Positions 49,201 to 61,230 of a stretch of DNA of 64,000 nt are shown one piece after another (within the stretch, counting starts at the first letter, position 1; every line of letters starts with the position of its first letter). Location: NCBI RefSeq assembly GCF_032062105.1, contig NW_026925128.1:1-64000 (forward strand). Reading direction: 5' to 3'. A program made the position numbers and the translations under genes. Under the pieces are notes generated by a model. It searched no databases and was not told the origin of the DNA. It saw only the letters and a list, made by a program, of their open reading frames with translations. This stretch comes from Saccostrea cucullata. Taxonomy: Eukaryota.

Positions 49201-52200
49201 AAATGACCCGCTTGTTTATAAAAACGGGAGGGTATATAGCTTTAATCGGTATGTCCGTCTGTTACGCATTGATATATTGTTGGGTACCCATCTGAAGGCA
49301 AAGGCTTTTTAATCCGCAACTCCTTATACCACTGAATGAAATTGAATGAAACTTTCACAGAATCTTTATTACATATTGCCATTGTGCACCTCCTATTGTA
49401 CTTTTTGATCCGACACGTTTTGGGTTTCCCATAGGAAAACATGGACACTGTCATTATATTCATATGGGAGGCAGGGGGTATCATTTAGTGAGTACCTCTA
49501 GTTTAATATGGAATATATGTCAATAAGCTAATACAGGGATATTTTCTTTATGTCTTGCAGCCTCGGAAGTAATGCATTTTCCAGAGCCTATCTCAACTTT
49601 GCAAATCCCTCAGAAATCTTCATCTTCAGAGACAAGTTTGATGGTTATGTGTTCATTGACAGCAAAGGTATAACTTAACTGTTGGCAATTTTTGTTCAAT
49701 TGCTCAGGCATATATATCTATGAAAAAGAGAGATTTTTTTTGTATAATATTTCTTAACAGTATGATTGATCTTGAACAAATCAAAAAAATGATTGTTGTT
49801 GGAAGTACTTATAAACTAAGGATGCTTTTGTGCATGTTTTTAATATTTTTTATTACTTATATATTTTATATCATTATGAAGTAGGTTAATAAGGCTAGAA
49901 GGATTAAGTATTATGTGTACCAAGTAATTTTTAGATCTTCTGTCCAAATACAAACATTCACTAGTATATGTACTAGCTCTCAAAATTATAAACCATATCA
50001 TTTTATTCTGCTTGGAAAGGTATAATTTTTTATTGCCTTAAGATTGCCTGTATGTTTGTTAATCTATTGTCATTATTGTAGGAAATGAGTATCCTGCAAT
50101 TGTGGAATTTGCTCCATTCCAGAAAGTTCCAAAAAGAAAATCAAAGAAACCAGATTTAAAGAAGGGAACATTGGAACAAGGTTATTTTAAAACACTCTGA
50201 AGAAAGGGGGATATCTGTCTTTAATATAATTCCTTATACTGATTTCTGAATTTGAATTTCTACTAAATGGCAGTTTACTTTCTCATAAAATGGTGTTGAT
50301 TAATTTTTACGTTTCAAAATTGGGGGAATACTGTTTTGTTTACATTTTCTTATTATTTATTTATTTTTAAGAAAAATAGAAGCAATTACTTGCTAAAAAT
50401 ATACAGCAAAAATCTTTACGGGGTTTCATCATGAAAGGATGTGGGATCCAGAAGCAATTAAAATAAGCAAAATTTCAGTTTTTTTTTTTAGTTCTTTGTT
50501 TTTGTTGTTTTGTTTAACACAAAAGAAGTACATGTATTCCACTCAGCTACCAATATATATTTATATATCTATTTGCAATTTTTAATGCCTAAATAACTTG
50601 TATTCTGTGTAGAAACAAGCTTTGAACACTGTTGAAATTGGGAATAAAAAATGATAAGAAAGAAGAGGAGGGGTTTATGTTTATAAATTTTAATTTTTGT
50701 CATTAATTTTATTTTGTTTAGCTACCCACCAACCTTTCTTTAAGTGGGGAGGAGGAGACATTGATAATAAAGCCTTATTGTTCATGTTGTTTAAATTATC
50801 ACAGATATAAATATTCTATATAGTTTATTAAATTATTTTCCTTTTTAAACTACTTCAGTGATTTCATTTATTTATAAGAGACTGTTTCATGTTCATATAT
50901 TCAGCATTTCTAGAAAAGTTTTGACATTTGACTGATAATATACATGTATATGAATTTGTTGGTTTGTTTTGTTGTTGATAGTTGTTTTTCTAAATACAGT
51001 GAAAACTGTCTAATCCGACACCTGTGCAATCCGTCACACTGTAAATTCCGACCTAAAATTTCTTTCCCATTTGACTAATTTTCATGTTAAGAAGAGGGTA
51101 CAGTTTGAGCTTTATTGTGCCCTAAAAAATTAATGTTCTTAAAAAGTTATGAAATTGGCTTTAACAATAGTCGAGTAGATGAATATGATAAATCATCATA
51201 GAATATTGCATTAAGGAGGACCTTTATGGAAATATGACGTCATTAATTTGGTACATTTCTAAGTTTGATGCAGAAAAGCCCCAAAATGACTCATTTCTGA
51301 GCTAATTTTCTTTTAGAAAATAATGCCTGCCACCGTCGCCCGCGTTAAGTTTTGGATATATTATGTAAAATGCTATGAAAAATCACATATCTCAAAATCT
51401 TTCTGGGCGACGGTGGCAGAGTATGTTTTCTGAAAGAAAATTCCACTGAAAATTGATGTCTTCTGCAACTTTTTAAGAAAATACGGGAAAATGTACAAGT
51501 TAATGACGTCACAATTAGCATTTAGGAGGTCATATGAGAAAAACGGTTTGTGTATTCTTACTGCAGGGAATTCCTATAATTCAGAAAGACTGAAATTTCA
51601 TTTTTTATATCACTTTCAAATTTAAGAAAATATAGGGCTTAATTTGTATTGAAACTGTACCCTCTTCTTACACTGTGCAATCTGACACACTGCCTATTCC
51701 AACACAAAATTTGTCTCCCAGTGCATGTCGGATTAGACAGGTTTTACTGTACTAGTAATTTTGTATCTAACAGATGCAGATTATGTAAAATTCAAAGAGT
51801 GGTTAGAATCCCCTGATAATGAAGATGCTAAAACTATTGATGAATACCTGGAGGAACTTGAGGCCAAGGAGAGAGAAATGAAATGTAAGTCAGAAATTTC
51901 TTTATAAAGCAGAGATTTTGATACTGGTTAAATCTCAATATAAAAGTTGTGATAAAATAAAGGTACAGTTGCAGTTTGCATAGAATTGTTTTGATCATAA
52001 AATCCCAGTAAATGATGTTTTCTGGGGGGAGATTTGGTTATCACCTTGACCTTCTGTCTGTCTGTCCATCTGATCATATCCAGGCCATGACTTTGTAAAA
52101 GAGAATCATTGAAAGCTTCAGAAAAATTTCAAAGTGCTTCCAAATGAACCAAAAGATTGTTACCAACATAACTTGACCTAAAGTTTTCTACTTAAGTTCA

Positions 52201-55200
52201 ATGTCATTTAGAAAAATATTCATTTTGTGTCATGAAGAACTCAAGGCAGTTAATAAAAACTGTTTATTAATTATATGAAAAACTTAATGAAACTAAAATT
52301 GTTTTGATTTTAGCAAACCATGGCTGTGTGAAAACTTCTACTCCTTTAATTGAGTATCTGAAGAAACGTAAAGAAGAGAAAAGGGCAAATATTTTGGTAG
52401 GAAATAATGTGTTACTAGTTCAAAATAATTCCAGATTGAGAAATACTTGTATATTCAATTCATTTATTGACAACACCATACACTGGCGTATAGTCATGAA
52501 TGCTACAGATTAACATATGGTACATAAAAATATCAGGTTTGTTGCAAAACGGAAGTGAATGCTGCCTTGATTTATATATATACTCTTTTAACAGAAATGC
52601 TTTTACCATGCTTGTGAACATGCATACTTTTGTTTGTGTAGAAAATTCAAGAAGAACGCAAGAGACGAGAACAAGAAAAGCGCAGGCAAAGAGAGGAAGA
52701 AAGGCGGAGGCGAAGGGAGAGGGAGAGAGAGAAGGACAGAGAAAAAGAGAAAGATAGGGCAAGGGATAAAGACAAGGAAAAGCCTCCTAGTATTGACTTA
52801 TCTGTGAAGGTATGTGGAGTAGCAGTAATTGAATTTATGGTACTGTATACAGGGAAATTTTCGCCCCCGTTTTATTTTCGCCCCTTTCGCCTTACTATCA
52901 TTTGGGCGAATTTAAAACAGGGCGAATTCAAAGAATACAGTATAATTTCTTAAACAAAACTATGACAGGGCGTTAAAACGGGGCAAAATTGTTCGCAAGT
53001 GTGAAAGGGCGAAAATAAGAAGGGGCGAAAATAACCCTGTATACAGTAATATTATAAAATGAAATTTAATGGAGGATCTAATATGCGTAATTTTTTTCTA
53101 GGAATTCATCATGCAGGTATCACATTCTTGTGTTTTAAAATTTAGTCAGAGTTTGGTGTTTCAATGTTATGGACAAGTCATACAATTACTGTAAACCAGC
53201 TATATTCAAAACATCTTTTATTTACTGTAAAAGCACAAATACATGTTTTATTTGTAACAATATTCAACAAAATTAAATCCCACACGAAATTTTTATATGA
53301 CTATATGTTGAATAGGTTAACTCTTAAAACAACGAAATTAAATGCGCACGAAGCTATTTTTGATGACAAAACAACGAAATTTTATACCCACCAAAATTTG
53401 TGCTTCTGCAGTATGATTCATCATTTCAAACTCCATCTGCAATTATTTTCCCAATGGAGGAAACATTTTAAAACACAAATACACATGTTAATAATTTATT
53501 TGCAGTAAGAAATATTTTTGAGGAAAATAAGTTTGTAAAACTCATAGATATTTCCCATATGCAAATAAAACCTGGTTTACAGTGTTATGAATTTTTTTCC
53601 TTTTGTTAATTTAATTTTTTTTGTTTCTTTTGTTGTTATTTAGATAAACAAGTGTTATTTCCGTTAATAAAATAATGCTGAAAAATACATTTATACATAT
53701 ACCTTTTCATTTAACCATTTTAGTTGTTGAAAAATCCTGACAGAGAAGAAAAACAAGACAAAGTGCCATCATCAGGTAGGGGTGATGTAAAGTCAGCCAA
53801 AGATGAGGACATCAAAAGGAAGGAAAGAGAAAAACTGCGCTTCTCTAAAGAAAACAGGGAGAAAATGAAGAATGAGAAATCAGCAGCCAATCAGGACCGT
53901 CCAAAATCTGGAAGAGATTCAGGAAGGGGCTTTGGCAGGGATGATCGAGCTGAGAGTAGAAAAGATAGGCAGGAGTTAGACAGACGTCCAGAATCTGGAA
54001 AAAGACTGGACAAGACAGGCAGAGAAGACAAGAAGTATGGAAGAGATCGAAACTGGGACAAAGATAGAGAGAGTGAGAGGGATAGACAGAGGGAAAAGAG
54101 GAATAATGAAAGAGGGTAAGGACTTAGTGTAACGGGTAGGAAATATTCATTTCTGTGTGTGGCAAACAAATCATCAATAGAAACTAGTAAATTAATCAAA
54201 AACAACTGAAATTTTAAGTTAAGCCTTGCTGTTCTGTTGATTTCAATAATTACATGTATTGTACTTGTTTAGGAAGAATTAAAAAGTCTTTTAAGATTTG
54301 ATAATTTTTTAGGGGCAGTGCGAAGAAAGACACTGAGAGGAAAACTTCAGTGAAAGGAGAGGTGAATATATATAAACACTCAGTAATTCAATGTTAAAAG
54401 TTTTACCTAAATATAGATGCATTAAGAAATATATATTTGCCAAAAAGTGGTTGATTCAGAATATATCAAATTTCCCTAGGACACAAATCTCAAAGACAAG
54501 AAGGAAACTGATGATACTAAATCCTCCTCTATCTCAAAAGAGTCAGAAGACAAGGATACCACTAAAGAGAGGAAAACCTCTGCAGCCAGCAAAGAGGTAG
54601 AGGAGGCGTTAGATGATGACAGCTCCAAGAGTACGTCCAGCAGACGAGGGAGCCGTGAAGGCGAGAAACAGATGTCAGTCGTGGATATCGACTCTAGTGA
54701 CACAAAATCAGAAATCTCGGTGGATTCAGCAGGGGAGGATAGTAAATCTAAAAGCAAAAGGCTGGAGAAATCTAGAAGTAGGGATGATTTAGAAGACAAG
54801 AAGAAGAAAAGAAGGGTAACTCTTGCATTACTTCAGTTGTTCACTATATGCCTTCAATGTATAATGTATGTATGTATAAAGTGATATCATTTTTCAAGGG
54901 ATATGAGTTTTAAAATTTTGTCCGTCAGTAATCAAATGGGGATTAGCTTGTAATGGAGAGCCTTAAATGATGCGTGGCTTCAAAACCAGCATTTTTAAAA
55001 TTATTTTATACAGAAGGGAAGGAAAGAAGGACAATTTTATATACAAAGGGAAGGAAAGAGGGACAAAGTTGCAAAATCTGAGTATTTTTAATTTTGTGAA
55101 ATTTTTTATATCTTTAAAATTTGTAATCAAAGCTGACTGCAATTTTCACTCAAAGTATGTCTGATACATGCACTAGCTAATTGTGCATAAATAAGTGACT

Positions 55201-56315
55201 TGTGTTGGTAGTCCATTTCCAAAAAAAATGTAATAAAAATGGTACACATATTTTAATTGAAAAGAAATCATATTTCATATATTTGTTGCTTTTACAATTT
55301 TAGGACAGGCCTGAGAGAGAAATCTATGACCCCAGAAAGGCAGCAGAAAGAAGGAGAGCAGCAGGGGAGCCAAGACAAAAAGGTGGGTAGTCTTTTTCAA
55401 AATAATTACTTTATTTACAGACTGAAAGATATTGATGCCTACAGATAAGTAAGTTTTCTACTTTGGAAAAGGCCATAGAAAAATTAATTTCTTGGTTCAC
55501 AGGCCCTCCTTCATCTCTTCCAAGGGTGCCTCATTGACCCTTTTGATTCCTAAATCAATAAAATCAACAAATCACCTCCCTTATCATTTTTTGAGGTTTT
55601 GTACAGTGTAAAAAGCTGCCTCGTCATGTTTTTGGGGCAATAAAAAAGTAAAAAAAACCTCCCTCCCTCATCATATTTCCTGAAAAAAAGCCCTGAGAAC
55701 CAAGGATTTAATTTTGCATGGCCTAAAGTTATCTGAGATGTGAATGTATTATTACTAAATTGATTATTTTTAGGTTGAAGGTAAGATACATGTTTAAGAA
55801 AACTCCTTTATATAGTCTCTTTAATAATGGAATTGTTAATAATAATTAATAGAAACAGAAGGCACTATGTTTGCTACTGTTGCCCTGTTCTTTTCTTAGA
55901 TGATAGAGAAAAGCCAAGAAAGCAGAGTTCAGATGACAGGTCAGGGGAGAAAACTCCACGCACATCACCAAGGGACTCCCAGGAAAAAACAGAATCAAGA
56001 CCAAGCTCTGGGGAAGGAGGTCCCAAAAAGGAGGCAGAGGCAAGTGATAAAACAAAGGGATCCTCCCCCGAGATCCCTGAATCCAGTGTCACAGAAATGA
56101 GGGAGGAAGAAAATTGCAGTAACAATGCTTCTAATGAGAGTGTAAAGCCGGCAGATTATGAGGAAGATATCGGGTCGTCCGTGGATCCAGTGAAGGTCCC
56201 GGAGAAATGCCCCCAGCAGGAGCCTCCTGTCAAGGCAGAGGAACAGGTGGCTGTCGAGACAGAAATAACGGCACCAGAGGATAATATTGTGGAGGATGAA
56301 TTATCCGTTGACTGA
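46133..56315 (+). CDS. UPF3: Regulator of nonsense transcripts 3 (UPF3), 12 coding exons, 673 aa
   Basis: Exons: 46133-46207, 47943-48049, 49561-49667, 50082-50180, 51774-51884, 52314-52396, 52642-52809, 53724-54115, 54313-54361, 54480-54815, 55304-55382, 55900-56315. All GT-AG, 2022 nt in frame. Contains the UPF3 RRM-like domain (KVVIRRLPP..; SRAYLNF..FRDKFDGYVFIDSKGNEYPAIVEFAPFQK), TPLIEYL, a charged coiled coil and an EJC-binding-like motif RRDRPEREIYDP. Confidence 0.95.
47172..47250 (+). mobile_element. Degenerate tRNA-derived SINE head / tRNA-like pseudogene
   Basis: TAGTTCAGTAGG (A box) ... GGTTTGAATC (mutated B box). Confidence 0.45.
47943..48049 (+). CDS. UPF3: UPF3 exon 2
   Basis: VVIRRLPPSLTPESLIEQISPLPEHDFFYFVKADM. 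Confidence 0.95.
49561..49667 (+). CDS. UPF3: UPF3 exon 3
   Basis: LGSNAFSRAYLNFANPSEIFIFRDKFDGYVFIDSK. Confidence 0.95.
50082..50180 (+). CDS. UPF3: UPF3 exon 4
   Basis: NEYPAIVEFAPFQKVPKRKSKKPDLKKGTLEQ. Confidence 0.95.
50997..51749. mobile_element. TA-flanked MITE (CAGT.AAA.CTGTCTAATCCGACA TIR) hosting a nested element
   Basis: TIRs at both ends with TA flanks. Confidence 0.85.
51090..51668. mobile_element. Nested TIR element (AGAAGAGGGTACAGTTT...AAACTGTACCCTCTTCT)
   Basis: 17-bp perfect TIR, TA on both flanks, internal inverted TGCCACCGTCGCCC. Confidence 0.85.
51774..51884 (+). CDS. UPF3: UPF3 exon 5
   Basis: DADYVKFKEWLE...EELEAKEREMK. Confidence 0.93.
52314..52396 (+). CDS. UPF3: UPF3 exon 6
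   Basis: KTSTPLIEYLKKRKEEK. Confidence 0.93.
52642..52809 (+). CDS. UPF3: UPF3 exon 7
   Basis: R/E/K-rich coiled coil, AG/GTATGT flanks. Confidence 0.9.
52843..53046. mobile_element. MITE, TA|CTGTATACAGGG...CCCTGTATACAG|TA
   Basis: TIR plus repeated TTTCGCCCC / GGGCGAAA motifs. Confidence 0.85.
53189..53582. mobile_element. Degenerate MITE (CTGTAAACCAG TIR)
   Basis: CTGTAAACCAG / CTGGTTTACAG termini. Confidence 0.5.
53724..54115 (+). CDS. UPF3: UPF3 exon 8
   Basis: LLKNPDR... R/D/E-rich, GG|GTAAG donor. Confidence 0.9.
54313..54361 (+). CDS. UPF3: UPF3 exon 9
   Basis: 49 nt, restores the frame between exons 8 and 10. Confidence 0.8.
54480..54815 (+). CDS. UPF3: UPF3 exon 10
   Basis: S/D/E/K-rich, ends in KKKKRR. 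Confidence 0.85.
55304..55382 (+). CDS. UPF3: UPF3 exon 11 (EJC-binding-like motif DRPEREIYDP)
   Basis: RP..xIYxP motif; AG/GT flanks. Confidence 0.88.
55900..56315 (+). CDS. UPF3: UPF3 terminal exon (acidic tail)
   Basis: Acceptor TTTTCTTAG, TGA ending at 56315; AATAAA at 56592, 56651 and 56674. Confidence 0.88.
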
Positions 56316-56770
56316 GGGCATGGGGATGAAATGTTGAAGTACAGATTAAGTTAATTGGTTATGTTGTCAGTATATGTGTTCCTGTCAGAGAGGTCAAGGT
56401 TATGAATTTATTTCAATGCAGGGGGAAAGTGTTAAAGGTCAATTGTAAAGACAGAATTCAACATCTGATCTATGTATGGTTATTTTTACAGAGAAATGAG
56501 TTTAATGCTACATTTCTTGTAATGTCCATTTGATTCATGATGATTTTCAATGAGAAAAATCCTTTGAGTTTTCCTTGATTTGTAAGTTACCAATAAATTG
56601 GATTATTCTCAGCAAGAGGTAACAATTGATTGTGTATTCTCCAAACATCAAATAAATGAATGATTTTAACATTAATAAAAATTAAAAAGTTCAAACAAGA
56701 AACAATGATATTGTTCATATTTATAGTTTATTCATCACCTGAGTGACTCAGGTCACCTTTTACCATCTGT

Positions 56771-57600
56771 TTTTAGCTCACCTGAGCCAAAGGCTCAATT
56801 AAGTGAGCTTTTCTGATTAAAATTTGTCTGTTGTCTGTCATCTTTGTTGTTGTTGCCCTTAATTGTTGTCGTCATTTTCCTTGTCATCCATGAATGGAAG
56901 ATATGTTTTATATACTTATTACTCAATTGCATACAGATTTAAATGATCTAGCATTTGTTTGTCAATAAAACATCAAAAATTAAAATTTACTTTAAAATAT
57001 GCTTTGAAACACAGGGAAATAATAATAGAAAATTAATCTGAAATTGCTACAGATATTGGGGAAAAAAAATTGTACAGACCTGGAAGTGGATCAATGGCAA
57101 ATCCCTCCAAAATTGACTGATTAAAAAAGGCAGTGATTCGTTTACAAAAATTTATTATTTCTAAATCCTGGCTCCCGGGGGCAGTGTTCAGACGTTGAGT
57201 TGGGTGGATATATATAGAAAATGTATGTTTACATGATTTAAATGAATACTGAACATCACTGTGCTGGTCCAAAACTGCTTGTTTGGTCATTCTATGCATG
57301 GGGTTTTGAGTCCTGAAGGGCCACGCCATTCAAGGGGAGATAATTGGGAATTAATGAAAATTTGGTGGTATGTTTTAAAAATCTTCTTTGATCAACAAGG
57401 AATATATAAAGGTATCAAAATTAGCATTTTTTAAAGCATGACCAAAGTTTTACATAGAAATATATAGGAAAATTCTCTTCAAGAATCATGAAAAATAGAT
57501 CATAATATCAGGTAAAAATACAATGTGTACATTTAGGATAAAAAGGCCTTAATTGATCATATTTATTTGGAAGCATCCTCAGGTAAAAATTCAGTCCAAA
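56771..57600 (+). mobile_element. Decayed HINE-like remnant
   Basis: TTTTAGCTCACCTGAGCC..GGCTCA head and satellite fragments at ~57290-57590. Confidence 0.5.
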
Positions 57601-57612
57601 GTTGTATCATGT

Positions 57613-57804
57613 ATTTGATTGTATATTGTTTAACGTCCCTCTTGAGAATGTTTACTCATATTGAGATGCCACCACATGCTGGTGGCACTCAGGGCCATTG
57701 AGCAGGGAGGGATTTTTTTTGCACCAGCACTCACTGCGACACGGAACCTCAGTTTATACGGTCTCAGCTGAAGGACTGGTTTCCATGTCCCACAGTGGGA
57801 TTCC
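57613..57804 (-). mobile_element. 5'-truncated SINE, same family as 2545-2880
   Basis: Shared GCCATTGAGCAG.GAGGGAT..CCAGCAC..CTGCGA.ACGG.ACCTC. Confidence 0.7.
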
Positions 57805-60548
57805 ACAGCACAGGTAGCAAAGGAGATGAAGCACTACAACATTTGTCTCCTAGGACTTCTAAGTTAGTGAGACAAGATGGCTACAGACAGGACAGCTGAG
57901 ACTAACCACCTGGGAAACACTGTTGTATTCAGGACACACCGAGGAGGGAGCCCACCACACTGAAGATGTAGGCCTGATGTTATTCATGGATGCACAACAT
58001 GCTCTCATCGGATCGGAACCTGTCAACTCCCGGATAATAACAGACAAGTTTAACACCAAGTAAAGTAAGATCAAGTTGAACGTCATACAATGTTATGCCC
58101 CCACAAATGGTGCTGATGAGGAAAAGAAAGACGCCTTTAACCAGCAACTACAGGTAGTCTTGGATAAAACAGAAGAAAGACAATGCTCATGGGCGATGTC
58201 AGTGCCAAGATTGTAGCTGACAACACTGGCTACAGTGATGTCATGGACACACAAGGACTGGGCAACATGAGAACGGAAAGAAATTTGCAGACTTATGCTC
58301 CCAAAACCAGCTGGTAATAGGAGGAAAAGGATTCACAAGGCCACATGGAGATCCCCTGAACATGTTACAGAGAAGCAGATCGATCATTTCGCATCAACAA
58401 GAAATTTCAAAGAGCATGGAAAGATGTCAGGTGATGAGAGGAGCAGACATTTCATCAGACCACCTTTTGCTGATGACTGCATTAAGACTACGCCGGAAGA
58501 AGTTCAATAACATGAGGACAAGGTACAATATGAGTGTCCTCAAACAGAGATATGAAGACAGCATTCTATCTCAGCTTGTCAAATAGATTCCAGCTACTAC
58601 AAGACCAGCTAGAAAACAATGATACCAACATTGAGACTTAATGGCAGCCATCAAGATAATGTGGCATGGCATATGCGAGGAAAGCGGTGCTGAGTACAAG
58701 CAGGCCAAGAACAGCAAAGGCAAAAGCTCAAGAGGACTATACAGCCACAGATAAAGAAGTTAAGAAAAACACCAGGAAAGATAAACGGCATTACATTGAC
58801 AGCCTATCCAAACAAGCTGAAGAAGCAGTGGGACAAGGAAACTTGAAAGAACTATATGATCACAAAGAAGCCCTCCAACAAGTTCCAGTAAACAGACAGG
58901 CAGTGAGAAGCAAGAACGGGAAACCTCTAAAGACAAAAGAAGAACAATGGAATAGTCGGGCAGAACACTTCGGAGAGCTATTTAACAGACCAACACCAGA
59001 AACACCTCTGGACATACAACCAGCCAATAAAGACCTTCCCATCAATTGCGATAAGCCAACAAAGACAGAGATCATGAGATCAATTAATAAACTTAAAAAT
59101 GGAAAAGCGACAGGGCCTGACGAGATACCAGCAGAGGCCCTCAAAGCTGATACAGAGACAGCCGTTTAATAACATCCCAAACAACCTCATCAATAAGATC
59201 TGGGAGGAAGAGAACATTCTGGAGGAATGGAAAGAAAGTATTCTTATTAAGATGCCAAAGAAGGGAGATCTGAGGGACTGCAGTAATGCTCCTGTCAGTA
59301 CTGGCAAGGTCCTCCACAGAATACTTCTCGAGGGAATGAAAGAAGCAGTGTACCAAAAGCTCTGTGACCAGCAGGCTGGTTTTATAGCCAATAGATCATG
59401 TGCACCAGATAGCAAGTCTGTGCATCATTATAGAGCAATCTCTGGAGTGGAAATCCCTTCCCCCTCCTATGTCAACTTCATTGACTATGAGAAAGCATTC
59501 AACAGGGTGGACCTAGAAACATTGTGGAAGATAATGAGGAACCATGGAATTTCAGAGAAGTTAATCTCCCTGATTCGAAACACCTACCAAGGCATGATAT
59601 GCAGAGTTGGCATTGTTGTCCAGATGTCTGAGAATTTCAAGATCAAGACAGAAGTTCGACAACGATGCTTGCTGTCACCATTTCTTTAACTCTTGGTCAT
59701 TGATTGGATCCTGAGGTCTACCACATCAGGCAAGAACAGTGGTATACAGTGGACACTCCGGAAACAACTCGACGATCTTAATTTTGCCGATGACCTGGCT
59801 TTCCTTTCACACAACCAAAGTCAGATGCAGGATAAAACAACTCGCCTTGCAACAACTTCGGCAGGAACAATCAACTTGAAGAAAACAGAATTCATGAAGA
59901 TAAACACCATGCACTGTCCAAACACCAGTCAAAGTTGGTGATGAGCCCATCAGAGAAGTCCTTCATCTACCTGGGGCGTGTGATGGACAGACAGGGTGGC
60001 ACAGGTCTTGTTATCAAGTCAAGAATTGGCAAGGCAAGAACTGCATTTACCATGTTAAAGAACACCTGGGCCTCAAAAAACATCCGTTTTACCATCAAAC
60101 TGTGGATCCTCAATTCCAATGTAAAATCCTACTGTATAATGCAGAGACGTGGAGGTTGACCAAAAACCCTGCAGGAGATCCAGACATTCTACAATACCTG
60201 TCTAAGGCGCATCCTCAACATCAAGTGGCCTGAAAGGATCCCCAACGAAGAACTATGGAAGAGAGCAGGACAGCTAGGAAACAATGGACGTACAAATAAG
60301 ACAGAGGAAGTAGGGCTGGATTGGACACACGTTTAGGAATCACACGCCAGGCCCTGACTTGGAACCCACAAGACAAAAAAGGAGAGGACGTCCAAGAAAC
60401 ACCTGGAGGCGTGACTCGGATTCAGAGTAAAATACAAAGGATATGACTTGTCAGGATGCAGCTAAAACAGCTCACAATCGAGTTCTTTGGAGAACTGTCG
60501 CTGATGGCCTATGTTTCTCAAGAAACGACAGGCCTAAGTAAGTAAGTA
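57805..60548 (+). mobile_element. Decayed RTE-like non-LTR retrotransposon (APE + RT pseudogene)
   Basis: APE motifs (SETRW, IQCYAPTN, SDH); RT motifs (QAGF, FIDYEKAF, LSPFL, FADD); many stops and frameshifts; (TAAG)n 3' tail. Confidence 0.92.
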
Positions 60549-61230
60549 CCAGTACTGGGTACAATATTTGGGAGAATACAGACACCAGTGAATCAATATC
60601 TTGCAGTACAGTTACCATTTGTTTAAAACATTCATTCTTTATTTTATTGCTTGTATATTAATTAAGATATGAAAAGTTCAACTTTCGTTCTTTACCGTCA
60701 TGTTTTGAGTTGACAGGTATATGTAATGAAAATTTTTCTAATTTGGAAAATCTCTGAATTCATAGCAATGCTTTAATGCGCTTTAAACGTTTTTTCAACA
60801 ATTTTAATTAAACTTTTAACTCTTGATGATCTACTACGTTGCATACAGAAGATTAAGGTTCAATTTATGTCAAAGAACTTAAAATTCAGCGCATGTAACT
60901 TGTTTTCTAATTGCCAACATGTCGCAAAACCTTCACAAGGACGACAAATGCCTAGAATGTCTCTGCATTTATGTTTACAGACGTGGAAAAATTTTAAAAA
61001 TTACTAGTAAAGTAAAAACATTTGATCTCTACGTGAGGCACTTTTAAAAAGACAGAAAGTCAATTCGTTGTTTAATTTTTTAATGGAAATAGAACCACCA
61101 TATTTCCATGTATGACCAATGAAAAAAGTAAAGAAAACGAACAGTAACGGATGTAAAAATATCTATTTACAATCCAAATATTTAACCAAAACAACACGGG
61201 CTAATAGAAATTCATGAGGTGGGTCTTTTA

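Noticed and set aside
53891-56125. Minus-strand Leu/Ser-rich ORFs within UPF3
   Set aside because: Antisense shadows of purine-rich exons.
58666-60159. Active reverse transcriptase gene or a novel RT system
   Set aside because: Fragmented by stops and frameshifts; an ordinary decayed LINE.
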